Of a stretch of 64,000 bases of DNA, positions 49,800 to 61,724 are shown one piece after another. Under the pieces are notes generated by a model that worked only from the letters and a program-made list of their open reading frames with translations, searched no databases and was not told the DNA's origin. Where the stretch lies: positions 78,928,001 to 78,992,000 of the forward strand of contig CM052817.1 in assembly GCA_028534125.1 (NCBI GenBank). The letters run 5' to 3'. Made by a program: the position numbers and the translations under genes. Numbering within the stretch: position 1 is the first letter of the stretch; every line of letters begins with the position of its first letter. This DNA comes from Lama glama. Its lineage: Eukaryota.

Positions 49800-51125
49800 A
49801 GAATAAAACAGAACAGCTGCATATAAATCAATAAAGTTAGAACACTCCCTCTCACCATACACAAAAATAAACTCAAGATGGCTTAAAGATTTCAACATAA
49901 GACGAGACACTATAAACCTCCTAGAAGAAAACATAGGCAAAACACTATCTGACATAAATCTCAGCAATGTTCTCGTAGGGCAATCTACCCAAGCAATACA
50001 AATGAAAGTAAAAATAAGCAAATGGAACCTAATTAAACTTATAAGCTTCTTCATAGCAAAGGAAACCATAAGCAAAACAAAAAGACAACCTACAGAGTAG
50101 AAGAAAATAGTTGCAAAAGATGAGACTGATAAGGGCTTAATATCTAGAATATATAAACAGCTCATACAATTTAATAACAAAAAATAAACCAACCAAAAAA
50201 TGGGCAGAAGACCTAATAAGCAACTCTCCAATGAATACATAAATGGCCAACAGAAAAAATGCTCAATATTGCTAATTATCAGAGAAATGAAAATCAAAAC
50301 TACAATGAGGTATCACCTCACACCAGTCAAAATGGCCATCATTCAAGTTCCACAAACTATAAATGCTGGAGAGGGTGTGGAGAAAAAGGAACTTTCCTAC
50401 ATTGCTGGTGGGAATGTAGTTTGGTGTAGCCATTATGGAAAACAGTATGGAGATTCCTCAAAAAAACTAAAAATAGACTTACCATATGATCCAGCAATCC
50501 CACTCCTGGACATATATCCAGAGGGAACTCTAATTCGAAAAGATACATGCACCCCAGTATTCATAGCAGCACTGTTTACAATAGCTAAGACATGGAAACA
50601 ACCTAAATGTTCATTGACAGGTGACTGGATAAAGAAGTTGTGGTATATATACACAACAGAATCCTACTCAGCCACTTGCTGAGTAGTAATATAATAATGC
50701 CATTTGCAGCAACATGGATGGACCTGGAGATTGTTATTCTAAGGGAAGCAAGCCAGAAAGAGAAAGAAAAATACCATATGATATTACCTATATGTGGAAT
50801 CTAAAAAAAGACAAATTACGTATGAAAGAGAAACAGACTCAGATGTAGAAAACAAGCTTATAGTTGGAGAGGGAGGGATGAAGGTAGGAAGGGATAAACT
50901 GGGAGTTCTAGATTTGCAGATACTAACTACTATATATACAACAGATAAATAACAAGTTTATACTGTATAGCACAGGGAACTATATTCAATATCTTATAGT
51001 AACCTATAATGAAAAAGAATATGAAAATTAATATATGTATGTATATATATATGACTGAACTATTATGCTGTACACTAGGAAATGACACAACACTGTAAAC
51101 TGACTGTACTTCAATAAAAAAAGAA
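49800..51125 (+). mobile_element. 5'-truncated L1 (ORF2 C-terminus plus 3'UTR)
   Basis: ORF 50200-50682 (MKIKTTMRYHLTPVKMAII...[15 protein letters not shown]...[17 protein letters not shown]); ends tacttcaataaaaaa. Confidence 0.9.
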
Positions 51126-51721
51126 GAAATAGGAAATAGTAAAGCCTTGAGGAAAGAAGAAACTGTGCAACTATATGCCTTGGAGAGGGAGAGTGAATTG
51201 GTAATGGAAATAAAGATTTCTAAACCCTCTTAGAGTCACTCAAGATCAGGACCAAAAAGAGACCTGCCAGGTTCCTCTGTTATTCCCATTAAGTACATAA
51301 TAGTCCAGGAAATGGAAAGCAAACCCAAGAAAGTTAAGTTACAGTTATAAAAATAAATAGAAAAATACATTATTGATTTGCTCTGTTCCAGTTATTTAAC
51401 GTCAAACTGAATTGAAAATAAATATTTCTTAGAGAATTTTGAAGCAAGATACCCACAAATCAAATAATTTCTTTGTTCTTTCACCTAAATTTATATGGTT
51501 TTGTGACTTTATTTTCCATACTGTGACTTCCATATAAATCCAAAAATTTATAGCAATTGAGTAGAATTTGAGTTGAAGATGAAATGCAGTAAAATAAATG
51601 AACTAGACGAAAATTCAGAAGTCAGACTAGTCCAATGCATAGACCACATGGTAAAAAGTCAATAAAGCAGCTGTATCTCTCATTCAGGTGACAATCACCA
51701 CAGAACAATTTAAAATGCAGT

Positions 51722-52483
51722 GAACTGGAGAGGCTATGGAGAAAAGGGAACCCTCCTACACTGCTGGTGGGAATGTAGTTTGGTACAGCCACTATGGAAA
51801 ACAGTATGGAGATTCCTCAAAAGACTAGGAATAGACTTACCAGATGACCCAGGAATCCTGCTCCTGAGCATACATCCAGAAGGGACCCTACTTCAAAATG
51901 ACACCTGCACCCCAATGTTCATAGCAGCACTGTTTACAATAGCCAAGACTTGGAAACAGCCTAAATGTCCATCAACAGATGACTGGATAAAGAAGAAGTG
52001 GTATATTTATACAATGGAATACTACTCAGCCATAAAAACTGACAACATAACGCCATTTGCAGCAACATGGGTGTTACTGGAGAATGTCATTCTAAGTGAA
52101 GAAGGCAGAAAGAGAAAGAAAAATACCATATGAGATCGCTCATATGCGGAATCTAAAAAAAAATACAAAACAGAAACAGACTCATAGACATAGAATACAA
52201 ACTTGTGGTTGCCAAGGGGACAGAGGGTGGGAAGGGACAGACTGGGATTTCAAAATGTAGAATAGATAAACAAGATTGTACAGTGTAGCACAGGGAAATA
52301 TATACAGGATTTTGTGGTAGATCACAGCAAAAGAGAATGTGACAATGAATGTATGTACGTTCATATATAACTGAAAAATTATGCTCTACACTGGAATTTG
52401 ACACAACATTGTAAAATGACTGTAACTCAATAAAAAAAGTATATATATATATTTTTAAAAAATAAAAAATTAAAATAAATAAA
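51722..52483 (+). mobile_element. Young truncated L1 with 11-bp TSD
   Basis: ORF2 C-terminus ([24 protein letters not shown]...MEYYSAIK); TSD taaaatgcagt at 51711-51721 and 52484-52494. Confidence 0.9.
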
Positions 52484-52901
52484 TAAAATGCAGTAAGACT
52501 TTGATGTCCTCCTAACAAAGGTACTTTATACCTTTCTGAGAGCAAAGTAGGGTTTAACAAAAAGAATCAACCTAATCTAAGAAGTTGAGCTGCAAATAGT
52601 TCATCTCTATAAAACAAAACACCCACTCTTCAGAATTCTACCCATCTCCTTTATACAACTTCAAACTTATTTTTAGCAGCTCCAAGTGAAGCCCAAGGGA
52701 ATGGCTGCCCCACCATTTTTCAACACTCCAGGCTCTTCCTTACCTCGTGAGCTTCCACACATGCTGCTCCCTCTGATGACAACACTTCACCCCATTACTT
52801 CTTTTAGTTGGCTCCTTTGCAACTTTTGGATCTCACCATAAATGTTATTCCCTCAAAGACCTTTCCTTCATTCCCCAACTAATTTAAGTTTCCCTCCCTC
52901 A

Positions 52902-53115
52902 TCTGGCAGATACAAACTACTATGTACAGAATAGATAAACAATGTCCTACTTTATAGCATAGTGAACCATATTCAATGGCTTGCAGTAACCTGTAATGAG
53001 AAAGAATATGAAAAAGAATATATATATTTATATGTATAACTAAATCACTATGCTGTACACTAGAAACTAATACAACATTGTAAACCAACTGTATTTCAAT
53101 TTTTTTAAGTTTAAA
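52902..53115 (+). mobile_element. L1 3'UTR fragment within an L2 relic
   Basis: gcagatacaaactactat...gaaaaagaatatatat...acaacattgtaaaccaactgtatttcaat; degenerate TSD aagtttccct/aagtttctct. Confidence 0.85.
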
Positions 53116-54499
53116 AAAGTTTCTCTGTCTTCTCAAAACATCTTATACTTTTACTTCATAGAACATAATGTGATTTGTAATCAAACATTTATTTGCTTAA
53201 CATCTGTGGCTCCTACTGGTGTATAAACTACATGAAGGCAGGACTAAGTATGACTTATGTTCACCGTGGCATGGACCATTGCTAGCTCAGTGCTTGGAAC
53301 ATGGTAGTCAAGAATAATTATTTGCAGAAAAACTGCAGTATTCACCAATAAGTATGGTGCGTTTCACAGAAGACCAGAATGAGAGGCAGAGTATTGTTTT
53401 CATGAGTCTGAAGGCTTTGAAGAACAAAATTAAGGAGGGAAAGAATGGAAGCAATTCAACTACTTCTTGAGTGCAAAAAGTTAGCACAGGGTCCTAACAA
53501 GTGGCTAGAAGACACGGCTGGGAGTCAAATGACTTCAGATTCATGACTCATGGCCCTGTCTCTTAATAGCCATTGTGACTTTGAGAAAGGAACAACCTCC
53601 CTTGACCTCAAATATTTTTATCTGAAAAATGAGAGAGGGGCACCAGGTGATATCTAAAGAGAAGGCATCCCTCTTCTTGTTTTTCAGATGCAGATTGCCA
53701 CAGTATAGTTAAGCAGTCCTTATGCTTTGAGAGTCATAGAAATGTGATTTACACAAAATTTTTTTTTAATCTCTAGAGTTTTACTTGATTATTCAGAGCC
53801 CCTTGCTTTACTTTAGATAGCTAAGTTACCCACCTGGCTGCATCTTAAGATGACTGAATTGAATTTCCCATTTTATCCTTCTATTTTATGTCATAATGAA
53901 GTTCTCATATGGAAACAAAGACAGTTGTATCAGTACAAATGCAAATGTAATCTGTTTTATTATGTGGCATTATTAAAGTGAGACTATGTACATACAGGTT
54001 TGCTTCCCAGCAAATCAAAAAAGGGATTCAATTTTTAAAATATGTTTCATCTTTTCCAATCAAGATTTCAGAATGCACATTTCTGAGGTATGCTTAAGCA
54101 GTAATTTGTGCTTGAGTTTTTCCTGTGTTTTGATTACCAGCTTAGCTACAGAAAGTTGCATTGGCTAGGGCTCTTAGAACTGGTCATGAAGAGAGCAATA
54201 CACTTCCATTTCACTTCATTTTTTACATACCACCATCAAAAACCAAATGAAATCTGAAAGGATCTAACTTTCATCAGTTCTTTAAGAAAGAACACATCAT
54301 CTTGTAAAAAAAAAAAAATTGTAAATTTGGAGGCAGAACGCCTGGTTGGATTCCTGGTTGGAAACCTGGCTTTGTCATCTGCTGACTATACCACGTTAGG
54401 CTAGTCCATTAGCTCTTCTGAGTCCAGTTATCTCAACCTTAAATGAAGAACATGGGAGTAGATAAACTCTTAAATCTACTCTAATTCCAAAGATGTGGC

Positions 54500-54684
54500 A
54501 ACATCTCTGTGGGCCCAGAAAACACGCTTCTGGTATCTGAGGGCTCTTCTGATACACACAGATGCTGGGTTCTACTGCAGTCCTATTGAGTCAGAACTGC
54601 CTGGGGAAGAGGACCAGAGCATCTGGATCCTATAAAAGCTAAACAGGTATTTCTGATGTGCATCCCTGGCTAGGAACTGCACTA
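54500..54684. mobile_element. MER5-like hAT MITE
   Basis: acagatgctggg...cctattgagtcagaactgcctgggg...aggtatttctgatgtgca. Confidence 0.6.
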
Positions 54685-55224
54685 GGAAAGCAGGGGCCAG
54701 AAGAATGTTATGAAGCCCCATAGACAGAGGTTGGGCAGTAGTTCAGAACTGAGAAGGAATCTTCCAAGAGGGCCTGCCTCTTCCAGGGGAGCCCCTAAGG
54801 CGAAGGGAAGGTCAAAAGGCAGTGAAAGACAGAACCCAAGACCACAACAGAGGCAGAATCAAGTTAAAAAGCAAAAAAGAAAATTTGACAGATGGAAAAT
54901 ATCACAAGATTCAAATATAAGATATCTGCCCACACTGTAGGCTCTCCCAGGGCAGGACCATCAGGAGCCATAGTACTTCTGAATACCTGCTGGCTGGAAG
55001 CAAGAACAAAATGGTGATTTTTTTAGCTATGTTTCCTATGATCTATATATTACACTAAAAATTTATCTTAAGGGCAGACTCTTTGTTTTGAGTGGAAGAG
55101 AAATTAGCTAATAAACTCTGGCTAGAGAGGTAAGCCATCTATAGTCTCTCTTCTTTGTCCTTGACATAATTTTGGATTTAGTGAGGGAATCCAAATGCAA
55201 ATACTTCAGGCTAAAACATTAAAA

Positions 55225-56030
55225 CACATATATTTCATTTTTATTGAGTTTCACTTTATTATGCTTTTCAGATTTTTTTTTTTACAAATTGAAGTTTTGT
55301 AGCCACCATGCATTGAGAAGTCTACTGCTGCCATTTTTTCAACAGCATTTACTCGCTTTGTGGCTCTGTGTCACATTTTGGTAATTCTTGCAATATTTCA
55401 AACTTTTTCATTATTATTATATTGTTATGGTGATCTGTAATTAATGATCTTTAATGTTATTATTGTAATTGCTTTGGGGTGCAGTGAACCATACCCATAT
55501 AAGACTGTGAACTTAATTGTTGAGATGACAACAAAGGATTTAGAATATGACAAACTAGTTGATAAAGTAGAGGAAGATTTCAGAGCACTGACTCCAGTTT
55601 TGAAAGAAATTCTACTGTGGTAAAATGCTATGAAATGTTACATACTACAGAGAAATTGTTTGTGAGAGAGTCAATTCATGTGGCAGACTTTGTTGTTGTC
55701 TTACTTTAAGAAATTGCTGCAGCCACCCCAATCTTCACAACTACTGCCCTGATCAGTCAGTAGCCATCAACACTAAGGCAAGACCCTTTACCAAAAAAAG
55801 TATGACTGGCTGAAGGCTCAGATGATTTTTTAGCCATAAAGTATTTTTAATTAAGGCCTTTACGTTGTCTTTTAGATTTAATGCTATTGCACACTTAATA
55901 GACTACAGTTTAGTGTAAACATGACATTACATGCCCTACGACTCCAAACAAGTCATGTGACCTGCTTTATTATGAGATTTGCTTATCGAAGTAGTCTTGA
56001 GTGGAACCCACAATATCTCCAAGGTGATAA
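55225..56030 (+). mobile_element. Tigger1 internally deleted copy
   Basis: Tigger1 left end (ttttattgagtttcactttattatgct...tttacaaattgaag) joined at ~55520 to the right part (gagatgacaacaaaggatttagaatat...ggaacccacaatatctccaagg). Confidence 0.9.
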
Positions 56031-56079
56031 TGTAATGTAAAAGCTGCCCCATGGGGAGAATCCAGCACCACTGCAATTA

Positions 56080-56560
56080 ATTTAAGGGATTTCTGATCTT
56101 CTCTAACAAGCCTGGAGATGTGGTTTAGAGCAGACATGACAGTGAGGCAAGAGGGAAGACGAGAGCCCCAAGGGTAGTCCAGGCTCAGGGAGAGAAGCCG
56201 TCAGTGTGGGTCCCAGAGCAACACCTGACACTGAGCTGAAAACTTCCTGTCCTGGATTGTACTTCCTTCCTTTTGGACATCCTTACAGAATTCTGAATTT
56301 TGAAACCCAGAGTCACTTGTGCTTCTGAGAATGGAGATGGCCCCCCAAGTTGCCCCCTGGAGCATAGTTGCTGTAAAGAGAAGGCAAGAGGTGAGCAAAC
56401 TGCTGTTGAAGGTAAGAAGTGATGATCAAGCAAATGTCGACGTTCCCCTAGAGCTGTCAGAAAGCACTTGGTTTGCTACAGCGACATGGGATGCAGGCTA
56501 AGTTATGTTATTTGGACGTTGAAGCAAAGGCCAACCCTGAGAAGACAGGAAAAAAACTTA
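56080..56560 (-). mobile_element. L2 relic
   Basis: gggtcccagagcaacacctgacact...gctgttgaaggtaagaagtgatga. Confidence 0.45.
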
Positions 56561-56624
56561 GTAATATTTAGGACTACCTTGGTGTTTTCTGTGCTTTGGC
56601 ACCTATGGATCTTCAAAACACAGG

Positions 56625-56810
56625 AACGCTTAGAGTCAAGAACAGTCATGGAGGTAGATTTAAGTTTGAATCCCAACTCTGCCAGGTGACCTTGAACAAG
56701 TTACTTAGCATCTAGAAGCCTGTGTTTCTTCCTGTTTAAAGTGGACATAATGAGAATTGAGGGAAAGAATGTGTGTAAAATACCCGGCATGCAGGACACA
56801 CTCAAGAAGT
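56625..56810 (+). mobile_element. MIR SINE
   Basis: gtttgaatcccaactctgcc..gtgaccttgaacaagttacttagcatct...gcctgtgtttcttcctgtttaaagtgg. Confidence 0.75.
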
Positions 56811-57349
56811 ATTTTGGCTTGGGTTTTAATTTTACCTGAATTTCAGTGAGAAAAGAATGTTAGATGCTTTTTCTGAAGTATTATAAGCCCCTTCAGCGGA
56901 GTGCCTAAATTCCTGGTGAAAAAGTCGGGGGGGGGGGAAATGGGAGTGGAGGAGGTAGTCAGCAGTAAACTACCTTCAGCGTGGTCTAAACTAGCTCTCC
57001 TTGTTTCTGACAAAGCACTGTGAAACAGCTGGCACTGCCAGGATGCGACGACCTCCTCCATTCTCCCTTCTGCTTCCAGACAGGATAGCATTTACACCAC
57101 CCCAGAGGGCCTGTGTTTATTCTTAGAGCACACGGTGGGAAGGATTCCATCCGTTTCTTCAGGCACCCTTTCCTAAGCACGGGAGCCGTCCTTTTCAGAA
57201 AGTGCTGTCTTACTTTTAAGTTAATGTCTATGTTTACATAAAGAAAAAAGACCTGTGTGATCATAAGAGTGAGCTTCTGAAAATTTTAAAAGTGGTATTG
57301 CAGCAAGTATCCTGAACACACCTAGATTTTGCCTTGCTAACCGCCTCTC

Positions 57350-57620
57350 ATTTTATTCAGAACTCCTTCAAGGCAAGTGATAGAAAGCCAACTCAAATGA
57401 CTGTGAAAAAAAAAATAGGAAAATGTTGGCTTATATAATGGAGAACTCAGGAGTTGGTCTACATTCAGGCACAATAAGAGCAGACAGTCAAAACAACGTC
57501 CTTGAAGATCTGTCTCTGTCTCTATCCTTTGTTCTGCTTCCCTCCGTGTTAACATCAGTCTCTCTGGAATGTGCCCTCCTCACAGCTCCTGATCTCAGAA
57601 AGACGGGGCCACTTCTCTCT
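57350..57620 (-). mobile_element. MaLR LTR (MLT1K/L-like)
   Basis: gcaagtgatagaaagccaactcaaatgact...ttggcttatataat...ttcaggcac. Confidence 0.6.
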
Positions 57621-59199
57621 TCTCAACGTTCTCTTCAGACCCAATGACAAATACCCCTTACTCCAGTCCTTTCTACATAATTCCCTACTGAGGGAGGGAG
57701 GTATAGCCAACAATATCCAATAAGAAGCAAAATGCCTGCCCCCTCCCCCTGCAATCAATCAAGATGAAGCTCTCTACAAAAACCTGAGAGCTGGAGGACA
57801 CAGCTTCATCCTAGAGGCCGTAGCTCTCTGCTTTCTCTTCCTCCAGTTGAAGATGGTGGATTCTGAGCCACAAACCCTGGCTTATTGACCCAATCATTTC
57901 CAGACACAGAAGAAGCGGGGGAGGAGAAAACTTGGGCCAACCTCATGTAAGGAAGGGACTGTGAACAGCAACCCTTTCAATTACAAAGTGTCCCAGGGAG
58001 CAATCCCATCAGCTCCCCCATTCACCTGTTAGGGAGCAGGTGAGCAGGACTGAGCAAGCTGGAGAGGAGAACCTGGCAGAATGCTCCCCTAAAGCTTTAT
58101 GCACCTCTCCCAGGGCTCAGCATGGTTTTGACATCACAAGTAAGATATCCAAGTTGGAACTGTTTGAGGCTACAGTGTAAGAAAAGGAGAACAACAGAAT
58201 TGTGAACCATCCAAGCTGGAAGGGCTCCCTTCCACCAAAGGTCCCCACCAAGCGAAGCCTGTCTGTCCCAGGGCTACATCCTGCCACAGTTCACTTCCCA
58301 CTTCATTATAACCCAGCCTGCAAAAGAAATAATTTGTCCTGTAAAGTCAGCACTCTGTGATCACTGCCTGCAGCCACAGCTTGCCATCAAATCTTGTTTT
58401 GGTTTTGTTCATTAACTTCAGGAATGGCATTTCCATTTCCATAAGTAAACTGGCAGATCTGCATTTTCTCACTATTTGGAATCTAGACTAAGACTATTCC
58501 AAGTGTATCTATGAGATGCACGTTTCTTAATACACTTTTGGTTTCTCCCTCCCTCTTTTTTTTTTTTTCTTTAATTTTCAAACTCTAATTTCGGTGACTA
58601 AGAGTACCCACGTGGTCCACTTCAGTCTGACCTCCCATCTCAGTGCTGCTCAGCGACCACCCCAGGGGAGGGTCCCCGCCAAAGGTCATGCTGGTGCTTG
58701 TCATCTCTCTCTGAAGCCACACCCAGTCCTCTTCCCCTAGGCTTTTCAGAGTAGCTAGATGCCATTCGTCCAGTATGAACGCTGTCAACTTCTCTTTCCT
58801 GTCTCCAGATGTGATTAACATTCTCCCTGTGTCCTCTCTGCGTTCTGCCTCAGAAGGGCCCCTCTGTTTCCAGGCTGACGGCTCCTCGCATGTTCCTGAT
58901 CTCATCCTCTCCACGTGTGCTCTCACTCTCTCCTCTGCCTCCCCTCTGGCGGGTATCCTTCAGCCCAGAAATGGGCTCAAGTCTCTCCAGTGAAAAAGCC
59001 AAACAATTCAATAAGTACAATATGAACCCTTGACTCAGATAGTACTTTTTCCTTCAGGCCATTATTTCCTCTCTTTCCCGTAAGGGCCAGGCTGCTTAAT
59101 ACAGTCGTCTTCCCTTTCTCTTGACCACATCTCACCTCTGGTTTGCTCCTCGCTGTTGTAACCAGCTTCTACAAATCTATTGTCTTTTCATTCTAGGCC

Positions 59200-60130
59200 T
59201 CATCCCACCCTTCATCCCAGTTAATTTTCATGAGGACAAAGACCTTACGACCATTTTATCCCAGCACTTCCTATAGACAGAGCACAGGTTTGATGCTCAA
59301 TTTGTATCTGTTCACTTAATAATGGCCACTGGGTGCTGTCATCACTCCTTTGATTTCACCGCTATCCTGGCTCCTCAGACATCATCAAGCCTGGTTTCCG
59401 TCTTCCTCCCTCCCTGTCCGGTCCTTCTCATTCTCCTTATCTGAGTCCTACCCACTGAATGCAGACACTCCCTGGGATTCTTTTCTTGGCTTTTTTCCTC
59501 ATCCATTCTCTCTAATAACACAAACGTCATTCCCAAGATTTCAAATCTCATCTGCATTTGGATGACTCCCAAATTTAGCCTCTCTGAGCCTAAATTTTCC
59601 TTAATTGCAATCATTATTTCCTACAGCGGATGTTCTGCAGAAGACTTTAGTTGAATCTGCCTACCCCTCAAGTCTTTATCTCCCCCTCCCAAGCCTACTG
59701 GTCCCCCTGCATTCCCTTCCTCCGCTCCTGGTATTGCCATTTTCCCAGGCAGTGGGCTGGCCCCCTTCTTCCTCTCACATCTATAGAGATTATAAACCTG
59801 GTACTGTAATAGACACTGAAAATACAAACTTGGAAATTATTTGGGGCCTGCCTGCCTTCCCAGGATATTATAGTCTATTCAGGTAGACCAAAACTTGAAC
59901 ATGTAACTTCTGTGAGATGAAGATGACAATGATGGAGGCGTGACCCTGAGGTCATCAGAGCACATAGAAGCTCATTACCATCTAGTATGGTGGAGGTAGG
60001 AAAGGAGTCTTGAGGAGAACAGTCATTGGAAGTTTTTCTAAGGATATAAGTTCTGATTTGAGTCTTGAAGGAGGGGTACTAATTAGGTAGGTAAATGGCT
60101 GAGATGCAGAGAGGATAATTTATCACAGGG
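59200..60130. mobile_element. L2 relics
   Basis: tccttatctgagtcctacccactgaatgcag..cctggg; gatgactcccaaattt; aaacctggtactgtaatagacactgaaaatacaaa. Confidence 0.5.
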
Positions 60131-60319
60131 TGTGATGAACACTCCCATCAGAATAGGGGACATACACAGGAATCCTGCCTAAGAGGCCAGAATTTGATAT
60201 CAAATCTGCCTTATGTCTTGCCCTGTCGTTCTCTAACGGAGAACCATGACATCCCTCCGTCATCAGGCATGTTTATATCTATTATGCAAGGCTATCCACA
60301 GATGACCTGTAATAACAAG

Positions 60320-60545
60320 ACCTAGCATACAGTAAGTACACACCATGTGCCTATCATGCCCTAAGTGCTTTTCTTCTTTAACTTAATTGTTTCTCAGGAC
60401 AACCCTGTGAAGTAGGAATTATTAAACTGAGGCCCAGAGAGATTTAGTAACTTGCCTGCTAACAAATCTGTTAGCTAACAGCTGACAGACCACAGAGCTA
60501 TGATATGAGCCCAAGCCCTCTGACTAGCAGTCTGTACTTTTGCGC
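60320..60545 (-). mobile_element. MIR SINE
   Basis: acaaccctgtgaagtagg..aaactgaggcccagagagatttagtaacttgcc. Confidence 0.75.
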
Positions 60546-61109
60546 ATTGTACTGTATTGCCTCCCTTTTGGTCTATAGCATTTTGTCTTCTCCTTCACCC
60601 TTGTAAGGTTTATGTAATTTCGGTATTTGTTCATCAGAAAAAGACCCAAGAGATACCCTTTGTGCCAAGATATCAAAAACGTCTGTCCCTAACTGAAAAT
60701 TTAAGAGTTCACAAGAAGGTTCTCTATGCAACATATGCCAAGTGATCTAAATAAAGATCTAGATAAAAAATAACTACAAAATGTATGGAAAGATTGGCAG
60801 ACTTGTCCTCATATCTTTCCTGATAATGATCCGACATTTGTCATGAGCTGTGGGTTGTTATGGTGATGAAAGAAGGTTGAATTTTGATGGAACCACAAAA
60901 TGATAAAATGTGGAGAGGGCTTTTTTTATATATATAACCATTCACCCAAATGTACCTACTTCAACAGTGTCAGCAAATGTCTTTATATCAGAAAATACTC
61001 TAAAATTCTCTAGACAAAAATCAACTGATTTTCTCTTCTCCAAAAGAACACCAGAGTTAATATAGAAGTCCAGAGTTAATATAAAAGTACAGTTGCAGAA
61101 ACTATTTTT

Positions 61110-61724
61110 TTAATTGAAGTATAGTCAGTTTACAATGTTATGTCAATTTCTGTTGCACCTATACGTAATAGTTCTATCATATATGTTTTCATATTCTTTT
61201 TCATTACAGGTTACTAAAGATATTGACTGAATCCTTCTCAAATTCTTCCAAAAGTTTGAGGAGGAGGGAACACTCCCAAACTCATTCTATGAAGCCACAA
61301 TCACCCTGATACCAAAGCCAGACAAAGACAATACCAAAAACGAAAACTATAGGCCAATATCGTTGATGAACATAGATCCAAAAATCCTCAACAAAATATT
61401 AGCAAACAGAATCCAACAACACATAAAAGAGATCATACACCATGATCAAGTTGGATTCATCCCAGGAACACAGGGATGATTCAACATATGCAAATCAATC
61501 AACGTGATTCACATCAACAAGAGAAATGACAAAAATCACATGAACATCTCAGTAGATGCCAAAAAAGCATCTGATAAAATTCAATACCCATTTATGATAA
61601 AAACTCTAACCAAAGTGGGTATAAAGGGAACATATCTCAACATAATAATAACTATTTATGACAAACCTACAGCCAGCATAATACTCAACAGTGAAAAGTT
61701 GAAAACCTTCCCACTAAAATTCAA
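61110..61724 (-). mobile_element. 5'-inverted L1: 3' end (minus, ~61110-61229) joined to an inverted ORF2 RT segment (plus, ~61230-61723)
   Basis: TSD aaactattttt at 61099-61109 and 61725-61735; RT motifs ([33 protein letters not shown]). Confidence 0.9.
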
